A stretch of 63,599 nucleotides of DNA, counting the filler, from Octopus bimaculoides (lineage: Eukaryota), in assembly GCF_001194135.2 (NCBI RefSeq). It is 4 parts of 4 records of this genome, joined end to end, with 100 filler letters (N's around TTAATTAATTAA, not from the genome) between each part and the next. Parts side by side here need not be neighbours in the genome. Positions count along the whole stretch, not along the records: positions 1 to 23,859 come from NC_069004.1; 3 more parts are not named here. One strand, 5' to 3'. Under the pieces are notes generated by a model. That model did not search any database, had not been told where the DNA came from, and saw only the letters and a program-made list of their open reading frames with translations. Below are positions 1-11,059 of the stretch, piece by piece (the first letter of the stretch is position 1; each line of letters starts with the position of its first letter). Position numbers and translations under genes: made by a program.

Positions 1-126
1 TATATATATATATATAAGGCCGACAGGAAGTGGTCCAGCTTCCTAGGGCTAAACAGCAGTAGTATATTCCCTTATTGGGATTGTCACATTAAGTTGACAA
101 TATACAACAACTTTATATATATATAT

Positions 127-449
127 ATAAATCCCGGTTACATATGTTTCATAACTAACAGAAACTCGAAAGTAATAATTATCTAAACGAGAGGTAATCC
201 GCTAGCTACTCGCCAGGCCAAAGACACCTTAATCAAAAGAGGTTAACATCAAGGGATCCCATGTTGACTCGCATCTCCTGCGAGTCAACATGGGATGCGA
301 GTAAACATAGGATCCCTTGACGACGATGTTAACTTCTTTTGATTAAGATATCTTTGGCTCGACGAGTAGCTAGTGGATTACCTCTCGTTTAGATAATCAC
401 TACTTTCGAGGTTCTGCTCTCGCTATGAAACATGTAGCCTAGATTTTAT
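127..449. mobile_element. Fold-back MITE-like element with nested perfect hairpin
   Basis: About 130-bp imperfect inverted arms (127-~258 vs ~311-449). An internal perfect 18-bp inverted repeat (256-273 / 279-296) has a 5-nt loop. No ORF; adjacent to (TA)n. Confidence 0.8.
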
Positions 450-717
450 CTAATCCATTCCCCAATTTTGGATTTCTATTCGCACAAACAGCAACCCCTG
501 CTGCTAACCGTAAGCTATTTAACAACTTTTTCAGCTTATCGAACTTCGGTTTGGGAAACATTTACAACCTTCTGCATCAATAAACCACTATTGCTCTTAA
601 AAGTTTTTATACCTTTTACAAACTACACGAAGCTTAGTATCTTCCTACACCTTGATCTTTGGATCTTACCTATATTCACACACGCACACACGCACACACA
701 CACACACACATTTATTG

Positions 718-879
718 GCTCAAGCGTGGCTGTGTGGTAAAAAGCTTGCTTCTCAACCACATGGTTCCGGGTTCACTCCCACTGCGTGGCACCTTTGGCA
801 AGTATTTTCTACTATAACTTCAGGCCGACCAAAGCTTTGCAAGTGAATTTGGTAGACGTAAAATGAAAGAAGCCAGTCG

Positions 880-926
<47 letters not shown>

Positions 927-1127
927 CTATGTGTTTGTATTTGTGCCCACGTCACCACTTGACAACCGGTGTTAGTGTGCTTACGTCCCCTCAACTTAGC
1001 AGTTCGGCAGCAGGTACCGATATAATTAGTATAAGTTCTGGGGTCGATTTGTTCGACTAAAAACCCTACAAGGTAGTGCTGCAGCATGGCCGCAGTTGTC
1101 TGAAACAAGTAAAAGAATAAAAGAATA
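718..1127 (+). mobile_element. tRNA-derived SINE (octopus-type), full length with internal (GT)n
   Basis: Head with A-box/B-box-like motifs (TGGCTGTGTGG ... GGTTCACTCCC), internal (GT)n and AAAAGAAT tail. Homologous to 19148-19590 and 31036-31191. Confidence 0.85.
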
Positions 1128-1131
1128 TATA

Positions 1132-2442
1132 TTAGGTCGTCAAGTATGAAATTTGTAGTAAGGTATATGGTAAACTTTGACAGCTGCTTATTTTGCACAA
1201 TTATTATATTTTGACAATCTTTATTTCTTGTTAGAAAGCTAACACATCTATTTTTTCATTCTAACTCATTTTACGCTTTATAAAGTATTTATAAATCGTT
1301 TTTTGCTATTTTTGTTTAGAGATGGATAAGTCGGAAATTTGTACAGTTTTGAAATATGAGTTCTTTCTTGGAAATACAGCATCACAGACAGCTCGGAATA
1401 TTAATGGAGTATTTCATTCTAATGTTATTACACAGAAGACAATATAAATTGGTTTGCAAAGTTTCATTCTGGTAACTTTGACCTCACAAATGAGCAACGC
1501 GGTCGACCAGAAACAAAGGTGGATAATGACGAGCTGAAAGCCCCCAGTCGAGTCAGATCCATCTCAAAGTGTCCGTGAATTATCGTTGTTGTTTGGTGTT
1601 AGCAAGCAAACAATATTGNNNNNNNNNNNNNNNNNNNNNNNNNNNNNNNNNNNNNNNNNNNNNNNNNNNNNNNNNNNATCGGTAAAGTGAAAAAGTTGGA
1701 TAAGTGGCTTCCACATGAACTCAATGAAAATCAGAAACAGCAACGTTTGGAAGCCTGCATTATGCTACTTTCTCGTCACAAAAATTAATCATTTTTTAAT
1801 CGAATTGTTACATGTGATGAGAAATGGATCCAATACAACAACAGTAAATGTTCAGCACAATGGTTGGGCAAAGATGAGCCACCAAAACACAGTCCAAAAA
1901 GTAAAATTCATCAAAAGAAGCTGATGATGTGTGTTTGGTGGTCTGGTGCAGGTGTGATCCATTATGATTTCATTAAACGTGCCTCATCAATCACGGCCGA
2001 AGCATACTGAACCAAATGATGCAGAAACTTACAAAAGAAACAGCCTAGATTAGTCAATAAATCTACTCCTATTTTATTGCAAGACAACGCCAGACCACAC
2101 ATCGTAAAAATGACATTGATGAAATTACAGGAGCTGGAGTTGGAAGTTCTCCATCATCCACCATACTCACCTGATCTTGTCCCCACTGACTACCACTTCT
2201 TGCAGAATTTTTTGATAGGAAAAAAATTATATTCCGATGATACTGTAAAACAGGCCTTCCAAGATTTTATTGACTCTAGATTGTCTGGATTTTACAGTTC
2301 CGGGTTGGACAAGCTACCGCTGAAATGGCAAGAGTGTATTGACAACAAGAGTGCATATTTTGATGAATAAAACTATTCCTTGCATTTATAAAACATTAGC
2401 AAACTTTTTTCTTTTCTACAAATTTCATACTTGACGACCTAA
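1132..2442 (+). mobile_element. Mariner (DD34D) DNA transposon, full length, decayed
   Basis: Perfect 27-bp TIRs (TTAGGTCGTCAAGTATGAAATTTGTAG at 1132-1158, reverse complement at 2416-2442), TA on both flanks, about 1.31 kb. Confidence 0.95.
1322..2370 (+). pseudogene. Mariner transposase pseudogene
   Basis: MDKSEICTVLKYEF N-terminus, WLPHEL, VTCDEKW, QDNARPH and PPYSPDLVPTDY motifs. Contains an in-frame TAA, frameshifts and an N gap. Confidence 0.93.
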
Positions 2443-2777
2443 TATATATATACAGAGTGGTTGAAAAGTAAGTAGGCATTAAAAATCGATAATAAAATCC
2501 ATATTCCCTTTAAAAATTTATTGAAACAAATGATACATGTTCTTTATTACATGGAAAAATGAAAGTAAATCTTAATATTTCAATGTAAGCACCGGTGCCG
2601 TCAACCAGTTTCTTCAAACGGCCAGGGATGGAATGAACAATCTTCTGAAGGACGTCATCTTGGATATCATTGAGAACCTCCTGAATCCGTGTCTCCAAGT
2701 CCTCCAGCGTGCGAGGTTTGTCTTGTACACCTCCTCTTTTGTGTAATCCCACAGGTAAAAATCACGTGGAGTCAGAT

Positions 2778-2844
2778 CTGGACTTCTTAGACTTCTGGAC
2801 TTCTTAGACTTCTGGACTTCTTAGACTTCTGGACTTCTAGACTT
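2778..2844 (+). repeat. 17-bp tandem repeat x4 (CTGGACTTCTTAGACTT)
   Basis: Three perfect copies and one copy with a 1-nt deletion, located at the deletion junction of the 2453-3615 element. Confidence 0.9.
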
Positions 2845-3313
2845 TTGCGGTGACAGTCTTCCTGCACGTAATGAGGTTTCCACGGACGAATATTCAATTC
2901 TTTCTGTAGCACCGTACGTATTGTGTGTCATGTTAGTCCACTTTCACGAGCTGCTTGACCTGTTGATTTTTGCGGGCTGCAAAACTGTTGCCACGTTCTC
3001 CGCTGGTCAGGATGTGGTGAGACGGCCACTTCTTGCATCGTTCAAAGAGCTCGTGATCATCAGCTTTGTATGACAACTTTTACTGTCTCCGGACGTAGTG
3101 ATGCATGCTTACCTTTTCATGCACGCCACCATCTCTGAACCAAAACAATGGAATTCCACACTTCATAGCCTGCTGCTATCTAAGCTCGCTCCTGAACAGT
3201 CAAGCGACCGGACATCTGGAAAATAAGAAATAAGACGATAAGAAAATAAGATTTCGTATGTGTATTTCGTGTGCAAGATTCTTGATGTGGATACGTGTGT
3301 TGAAAGAAATACA

Positions 3314-3493
3314 ATTAAACCTTGGGAGAGGCATTATGCCAGTAATTCAAAATAAATGGAAGTGGAGAGACAAGTTACTGAAGAGATTGCAAGAGTGCAA
3401 TGAAATAATTTAACAAAAAACTATATAAATTAATAAAGGACTGAACCAGTGCGTGTGTTTATTACCGGCATAATGCCTCTCCCAAGGTTTAAT
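3314..3493. mobile_element. Small MITE with ~33-bp TIRs, TTAA at both ends, nested in the 2453-3615 element
   Basis: ATTAAACCTTGGGAGAGGCATTATGCCAGTAAT (3314-3346) is the reverse complement of 3461-3493 with one mismatch. TTAA termini suggest piggyBac- or Kolobok-type targeting. Confidence 0.75.
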
Positions 3494-3629
3494 CGTAAGA
3501 AAATAAGAAATCCCCATTAGTGTTGTCTATTTAAAGAATGTTTTCCTCATGACTTCAAAGATACTAAATATTCTATAAGCAATTTCTAATGCCTACTTAC
3601 TTTCTACTCACCCTGTATTTATATGTATG

Positions 3630-3663
<34 letters not shown>

Positions 3664-3919
3664 TGTATGTATATCCCCGAGAACTACTTGATAGCTTTAT
3701 TGTTGGTTTTAAGGAAATTGTTCTCCATCAACCGTCTTCATTGCTTTATGTTGGGTCTTCCTTTTTGAGATATTTTCCTTTTTATATCCCCAAAATTTCA
3801 GGCCTTGAGCCAATAGTCGAAGAATTATTATATTGCTATTGTTGTTGTTGTTTTTGCTATCTTATAATAATCCTGGTGTTGTTATCTTATGCTGATTCAT
3901 TGCGTTACTTAGCCCGTCG

Positions 3920-4163
3920 GTAACGCTTTCACGTGATTAGAGAAAAAGACGAAGAAAGAAATGGAGAGAGAAAAAGAGAGAGAGAGAAAAGAGGGAGAGA
4001 GAAGCATCCATGACGTGAAGTAGAGAGAATGTAATTGTAACGCTTTCACGTGATTAGTTGAAGGGAAAGAGAGGAGAAAGAAAAAGGAAAGAGAAAAAGA
4101 GGCAAAACGTAAGACAGGAAGGAGAAGGAAAAAGAGGAAGAGAGAAGCATCCATGGCGTGAGG
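3920..4163 (+). repeat. Tandemly duplicated motif pair (GTAACGCTTTCACGTGATTAG ... GAGAAGCATCCATGRCGTGA) with purine-rich spacers
   Basis: The 21-mer occurs at 3920 and 4037; the second motif occurs at ~3999 and ~4142. Confidence 0.75.
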
Positions 4164-4709
4164 NNNNNNNNNNAAAGGGAGCGGTGGAGAAAGGGAGAGG
4201 GGGAAAAGGGAGAGGGGTAGAAAGGGAGCGGTGGAGAAAGGGAGAGGGGGAGAGAGGTGGTGGTGATTGGATAGAAAAAGTGTACCTTTTTTTAATTGAA
4301 CTAAGTTTTTTTATATTACCCATCACATAAGTGCAATTCCGTGAAATATTCACGCTTATTTACGCGGCAGATATATACAATTTAACTAAAAGTTGTATCA
4401 TATGTATGAGATATTATTTTTTTTTTTTTTGTTTATGGAGAAAGTAGAAAAATAAGAGTATTTATTTTATGAGTGCTGTGTATTAAGTCTATAAAAATTG
4501 TGCATGAAACATATAAAGTGTATGTATAAAGTGCATTAAGTAATCATCGTATTCCAATTTCATTCACTTTTTCAATGAGTCGCAGATGAGCGACTATCTT
4601 TCCATACAGACAAAACACAGGTTACGCTTTCAGGTTTTGGGATAAAGGTTTCAGAAATAACCCAATAGATTCACCATTAATTCCGTGAATTATTCACTGG
4701 TCCTGCTAG

Positions 4710-4746
<37 letters not shown>

Positions 4747-4747
<1 letters not shown>

Positions 4748-5481
4748 TTATGTTTGACTTTTGTTTTGCATTTGTACAAGTTGGATCCAAGTCTCACCCA
4801 GAGACCTCAAGAGACAACAAGTTAGAAGTTCATGTAGGTGTTATGCCTAGGGTACCATATATTTGGATTTGTACAGTTTTGTTCAAGTGAATGTTTAAGA
4901 AACCATAAGAAAATTATGTTTGCTTTAAAATTTGAGATCACATAGACAGTATTTTACGTAGGNNNNNNNNNNNNNNNNNNNNNNNNNNNNNNNNNNNNNN
5001 NNNNNNNNNNNNNNNNNNNNNNNNNNNNNNNNNNNNNNNNNNNNNNNNNNNNNNNNNNNNNNNNNNNNNNNNNNNNNNNNNNNNNNNNNNNNNNNNNNNN
5101 NNNNNNNNNNNNNNNNNNNNNNNNNNNNNNNNNNNNNNNNNNNNNNNNNNNNNNNNNNNNNNNNNNNNNNNNNNNNNNNNNNNNNNNNNNNNNNNNNNNN
5201 NNNNNNNNNNNNNNNNNNNNNNNNNNNNNNNNNNNNNNNNNNNNNNNNNNNNNNNNNNNNNNNNNNNNNNNNNNNNNNNNNNNNNNNNNNNNNNNNNNNN
5301 NNNNNNNNNNNNNNNNNNNNNNNNNNNNNNNNNNNNNNNNNNNNNNNNNNNNNNNNNNCTGTGCGCCTTGGGTATGTGCTGTGGTTTGCTGTGGTGCTCT
5401 TATGTTTACTGTATTGAAAGTGTTTTGCGTAGAATGTGTGCAGTGCCCAGTAGTGCAATTTTCTGTATGTTATATATATTT

Positions 5482-5483
<2 letters not shown>
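4747..5483 (-). mobile_element. 5'-truncated R4/Dong-clade non-LTR retrotransposon 3' end inserted in (TAA)n
   Basis: The minus strand encodes IYNIQKIALLGTAHILRKTLSIQ*, a C-terminus typical of R4/Dong RLE elements, followed by a 3' UTR that ends in (TAA)n. Both flanks are (ATT)n, matching known Dong target preference. Contains an N gap. Confidence 0.7.
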
Positions 5484-5537
<54 letters not shown>

Positions 5538-5543
5538 GGTGAA

Positions 5544-5768
5544 GGCGGTGAGCTGGCAGAATCGTTAGCACGCCGGGCAAATTGCTTATCGGCATTTCGT
5601 CTGCCGCTACGTTCTGAGTTCAAATTCCGCCGAGGTCGACTTTGCTTTCATCCTTTCGGGGTCCATGAAATAAGTACCAGTGAAACACCGGGGTCAATGC
5701 AATCGACTTGTCCCCTCCCCCAAATTTCAGGCCTTGTGCCTATGGTAGAAAGGATTATTATTATTATT
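5544..5768 (+). mobile_element. tRNA-derived SINE (second family) with (ATT)n tail
   Basis: A-box TGGCAGAATCG and B-box GAGTTCAAATTCC. Homologous to the minus-strand copy at 24737-24972. Confidence 0.8.
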
Positions 5769-5789
5769 GATTGAGGAAACAGTTCGTGC

Positions 5790-6429
5790 TATCTGAGTGA
5801 CACTGGGGTAAAATATACGAAGCCCAGTATACCCATCATGACTTATTATTACTATTATTATTGAGTGAGAGAGCAGTACTTGCCATCAAAGTGACACTGG
5901 GGTAAAATATACGAAGCCCAACATACCCATTGTGAATACCCATCGTGAATACCCATCTGACACGGGTACATCAGGCACTTGCATCACAACCATACGCGTA
6001 TGATATAGTAATCTTATATCAAGATAAACAACGCATAACCTTGCATGTGGAGCCCAGTTAGGATTTTCTTCAGGTTGAGTAGCACATCCTGCCCCAAAAT
6101 TCCCTGAATAAGGTTTGTTTAAGGATGATGAACAAAACACCCACACCTTCAGGGTTGAATTATCCAAACCCCAAAGAACTCCTCTAAACACATGGCTATG
6201 ATGCTCCCCTACTACTTCTGTTCGTGATCAGAGATGCACATATCGTCAGCTACGAAGGGACATGCTCAACTGGTTAAGGTCAAGCAACTGACAAGCAAAT
6301 CTGTGGTATTGAGCAGAATATTTGCTGTAGCCCATCTTTTATACCAAGACAGAACAATGTACATGACAACACTTTCAATCAGTTAAGATCAGAAACCATG
6401 AAAGCCACTGTCTGGTACTGCATCAGGGC

Positions 6430-6431
<2 letters not shown>
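5790..6431. repeat. Unclassified interspersed repeat flanked by (ATT)n, with a local duplication of its end
   Basis: GTGACACTGGGGTAAAATATACGAAGCCC occurs at ~5796 and ~5891. Bounded by ATT microsatellites; no credible ORF. Confidence 0.5.
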
Positions 6432-6493
<62 letters not shown>

Positions 6494-6494
6494 G

Positions 6495-6547
<53 letters not shown>

Positions 6548-6548
6548 G
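6432..6548 (+). repeat. Compound (ATT)n-(GTT)n microsatellite ~200 bp upstream of the Norrin coding exon
   Basis: Directly visible. Confidence 0.95.
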
Positions 6549-6757
6549 CTACTTTTATTATTTAAATTTTTGCTTTAGTCCGCTAACGTTTTTGTTAATA
6601 TTGGGTCTAATACTCTTTCCATTTCTATAACAAAATGGCACGTGTGAATGCACATAGAAGTTACTTCTACTTATGTTTCATTTATTTAAAATACGAATCG
6701 AATTGATTAGGTTTTTCTTTCTTTTCTTGACCCTTTTTTTCTGACAGTCAGAGTGCA

Positions 6758-6907
6758 ATGCATTTACCTGCATGGTATCAGATGAGCGTTATGATGCTGA
6801 CACTTCTCGCTTGTCTTCAAATCACTGTAACCCGAAAACAAAACCGGTGTATGAGACATTATTTTGTTGAGGTCGTCCGGCACCCCTACAAAGACTGTGA
6901 ATACAAG
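6758..6907 (+). CDS. NDP: Norrin-like cystine-knot growth factor, first coding exon (signal peptide + N-terminal mature domain)
   Basis: A pyrimidine tract and AG acceptor (6746-6747) precede an ATG at 6758. Translation: MHLPAWYQMSVMMLTLLACLQITVTRKQNRCMRHYFVEVVRHPYKDCEYK (50 aa). It has a hydrophobic signal-like N-terminus, and RCMRHYFVEVVRHPYKDC matches human Norrin RCMRHHYVDSISHPLYKC. It ends at a phase-0 donor AAG|GTTAGT (6908). Not in the ORF track (<60 aa). Confidence 0.93.
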
Positions 6908-7004
6908 GTTAGTAATCTTAATTATTTGGTGAATTGACAAAATTACTCAAATGGTAAATTAAAAAATGATAGATTTAGTTAAAACCTAATTGATCGATGT
7001 ATCG

Positions 7005-7513
7005 ACGGAATTTTGGTTTAAGTACCCCATATAACCCCTCAGATTTGCTTTTGAATTTTCAGAAAATTTTTGCGAACATGGGAATTCATACGATTATGAC
7101 AAATTAAAATTTTTTTTTAATTACCTTCCATCACAAATCCTAAAATCCCTCTCTTTTTCAAATTTTTTTCAAATCAGAGTTTAAAATACAAGACAGTCCG
7201 AATTTTTTGCTTAAATGCCAGCAATGGACCACTCTTAGGTACATCATCATTCCATTAGATATGTTTATGAGAAGAAATATATGGAAAAACATCAATACAT
7301 GTCAGAGTGACAAAGAAACAAGGACGGAATCAGGTGGTCATGAGATGAGTTAAAAACAAGAGCCAAATCGCCCTTAAATCACACACACAAAAAAATATTT
7401 CCATAATCGTATGAATTCCCGTGAGTAGAACAAATTCGCAAACATATTCTGAAAATTCCAGAAATTAAAATAATTATGAGGAGTTGTATGGGATGCTTAA
7501 AACAGAATTCCGT
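7005..7513. mobile_element. MITE-like element with long imperfect inverted arms in the Norrin intron
   Basis: ACGGAATTTTGGTTTAAG...GAATTTTCAGAAAATTTTTGCGAA...GGGAATTCATACGATTATG (7005-~7100) is mirrored by ~7400-7513. Confidence 0.7.
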
Positions 7514-8058
7514 TCAAATATCTACAAGAAATTTTAATGAAAACTTGTATAGCATAAAGTATAATAGTTTTTTTTTTGCCATCTCCAGACTCTTAAAAAT
7601 CCAGCTGTTGAACGAACGAAACGCTCGTAAAATTTATACCTTACTCTTCTTCCTCCTCTGCTACAAATTGATATTCTGAATGTTCGGAGGCAGTTATGTG
7701 TCCTAAGCACGGACACATCACATCACATCACAGAAGACGGGATAGGATAGACCAGCGCTTTAACCCAATCAATGGTCCATACTGTCCACCATTTCCGTCT
7801 GCTGAAGCACTTTGGAAAAATATTATAACATGGGGTATAAACTGATTCTGAATGACGCCCGTCGTATACATACATACATACATACATACATACGCACACA
7901 CATATATACATACATACATACATACATACATACACACACACACAGAGTTTTGGATGTGAATAAATCCCCACTCTTCTCTTCATTATCAATTATATACATG
8001 TATATGCATACACATGTATGTATGTATGTATGTATGTGTGCGCATGCGCGTGAGTGAA

Positions 8059-8134
8059 GGCGTGTGGCTTAGTGGTTAGAGAATTCGGCTCACGATCGTA
8101 ATATCGTGAGTTCGATTCCCGACAGTGCGTTGTG
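8059..8134 (+). mobile_element. Truncated tRNA-derived SINE head
   Basis: A-box TGGCTTAGTGG and B-box GAGTTCGATTCCC. No complete cloverleaf or acceptor stem. Confidence 0.65.
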
Positions 8135-8183
8135 ATCTATAATACATGCATACATACCAGTGCGCGCATGTGTGTGTGTGTAC

Positions 8184-8222
<39 letters not shown>

Positions 8223-8648
8223 AAAAATTTAGATTCAGATGAATTAGGCACTTAAGTTGAGGCACCAGAATTTAGTACGGTATTATCCATACAGTTTCAT
8301 AATAAGGTGATTAAAATCAAAATAAGCAACAGGATATCCAGAGATAATGCAGTACGATCGTTTCAAGCGACTCCATTTAATTGAACAATGCAGCCAACAC
8401 ATCAATTTAAATACAGAGCAATCCTCAGCTGCATAAAGACATAGAATTAAATTGAATTAAAATAGATGGACACATTAGTATAATTTTACCTAAAACCTCC
8501 AAGAAGGTAAGGAGATAGAGTAAGAATATGCTGTCTTCAGTTCAGCTTAGAAGCTACTCATATATACATATATTCATAAATATACATGTATATTCATATC
8601 TGCCTATCTATCTATTTATATATATACATAAATATATATATACACACA

Positions 8649-8707
<59 letters not shown>

Positions 8708-9239
8708 TAAATGAGTTGGGGCATATAACCTTGATGTTTATCACATGAAACACTTTCACAGATATCGGCAATCAGATATGCATAGAGTATGCATAATGAT
8801 GAATATCAAAGAATGAAGTTAGCAAATGATTTTAATGATTCATTTACAGTGTTTCATCATAATTCAGTATAATTGATCTGAACTAATACAATAGGCATGT
8901 TATTTGTTACAGAATTCTCAGGAATCATGTTGAACATGTATTGTAAAAAAAATCCCACAAAGCACGTAGAAACTAGTCGATAATTGTTGAAGTGGTTACT
9001 ACATCATGTTGGACTGATTATATTGAAATATCATGAAACGATTGTAAATGAAGTATTAAAATATAGTATAAAATACGGATTGAGAGAATCATGGCATACA
9101 TATTAATGTACACATATACATATAATTTCTTGCATACTGAAATTAGTACTACAGGAAGAAGGTTGCGAAACGGCTGTAATCATATGGAAATTATATGACT
9201 AAAATTTATCTTCATCTCTCACACCTTCTGACATTATGC

Positions 9240-9352
<113 letters not shown>

Positions 9353-9765
9353 TTACTGTATAAACCTGACTATGAAACTATATATGAGAACAAAGCTGAC
9401 CTTAACACACACACGCACACACACAACATAAACACGCACACACAACATAAACACACACACGCAACATAAACACACACACACACACACACACACACGCGCA
9501 CATCTGCAGAGAAAGAGAGTGAGAGAGAGATGAAAAAAATATTATGAGAAGAAAGACATAGTTGTACGTAGACGAGTAGACATTTTCAGCATCATTTAGT
9601 CCTTAATAGTTTCACCATTACTGTCCTGGCTTGCATTCAAATAGATTCTCCCCGGTTTTCGCTCCCCCTCTCTCACTCCCTCTCAGTATGCGTGTGTGTT
9701 TGCGTATGTGTGTGTGTGTGCGTGTGTGTTATGTACGTAGATATGTATCTATGTATGTATGCATG

Positions 9766-9885
9766 TATGTCGTTATTCAGCTTTATTTCGAGATTTCTCG
9801 CTAATAGAGAAAGAGCCGGTTTCTAACCCAGATCCAAGGCTTCTTCATTGGAATTTCAAAAACATCAACGGGTATTTTTGTTTGT
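9766..9885 (+). repeat. Interspersed repeat copy (inverted partner of 13676-13795)
   Basis: By eye about 85% identical to the reverse complement of 13676-13795; both copies are flanked by (TATG)n. Confidence 0.85.
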
Positions 9886-9995
9886 ATGTGTGTATATGTG
9901 CAGTATTTGACGTTAGATTTCTTTGTTTGCTTGTTTGTTTGTTTGTTTGTTTGTTGTGTTGTGTGTACGTATGTATGTATGTGTGCGCGCCTGCA

Positions 9996-10042
<47 letters not shown>

Positions 10043-10046
<4 letters not shown>

Positions 10047-10224
10047 CTTTCTATATGACGTATTTCTCTACGGACAGAAAAAAGTGAATGACCTGACCTG
10101 AGTTTCCATTCTATATTTGAAACTTTCTTCAGAGACCCATGTACACCAGACACGTATCCACATGTGCCAGTGTATTTAGTTACACATTTGCGCAGCTTCT
10201 GTTCAATCTTGTTTCAATGCAGAT

Positions 10225-10274
<50 letters not shown>

Positions 10275-10452
10275 CTTTCTATATGACGTATTTCTCTACG
10301 GACAGAAAAAAGTGAATGACCTGACCTGAGTTTCCATTCTATATTTGAAACTTTCTTCAGAGACCCATGTACACCAGACACGTATCCACATGTGCCAGTG
10401 TATTTAGTTACACATTTGCGCAGCTTCTGTTCAATCTTGTTTCAATGCAGAT

Positions 10453-10456
<4 letters not shown>
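10043..10456 (+). repeat. Exact 186-bp direct duplication separated by (GT)n
   Basis: 10043-10228 equals 10271-10456 (period 228); may be an assembly artefact. Confidence 0.9.
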
Positions 10457-10515
<59 letters not shown>

Positions 10516-11059
10516 TGTGTGTGTGTGTGCGTGCGTGTGTGTGTGTGTGTGTGTATGTGTGTGTGTGAGTGTGTGTGTACGTGTATTTTTGAAAGCAAAC
10601 TAGAGACGTAAAATCTGGGTATTTTGTAAGAAGGCAATAAAAGCCAAGCATCTCTCTTTAACTTTGAGTTCTTGTGGATAACTACGATCACCTTTTCGTC
10701 ACTCATACATCACTCATACATACATATGTACATACCTATATACAATAATTTCTAGACTTGATATTACTTTCAGTTTTAGTACAGGAAACGGCAAGTTACT
10801 GCTGGCTTATAAACACCGGACATATCGCACTCACACACAAATCTTTCTATACATCTCTCTATATCAATATATCTCTCTATCTATATCTCTGTCTATATCT
10901 CTCAATCCATCTCTCTATATCTATCTCTATCTCTCTATCTCTATCTCTCTATCTGTATCTGTCTATATCTTATTTATCTATATCTATCTATACCCTGTCG
11001 TATTTGTCTGTCTAACTAGCTAGCTCTCTCTTTCTCTATCTCTCTCTCTCTCTCTATCT

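Larger units (their letters stand above)
2453..3615 (-). mobile_element. Internally deleted Tc1/mariner-superfamily element (rosa DD41D / maT-like)
   Basis: Imperfect ~29-bp TIRs (CAGAGTGGTTGAAAAGTAAGTAGGCATTA / CAGGGTGAGTAGAAAGTAAGTAGGCATTA) with TA flanks. Minus-strand remnants: KSTGQAARESGLT..IRTVLQKELNIRPWKPHYVQE and SPDLTPRDFYLW..DKPRTLEDLETRI. The catalytic middle is missing. Subfamily assignment is tentative. Confidence 0.8.

Noticed and set aside
8059-8134. Possible tRNA gene
   Set aside because: It has A/B boxes but no acceptor-stem pairing or proper anticodon arm; a SINE head.
10043-10456. Exact 186-bp tandem duplication in the Norrin intron as a functional element
   Set aside because: 100% identity and (GT)n boundaries make an assembly or slippage artefact likely. 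The same holds for 36540-37242 across a gap.
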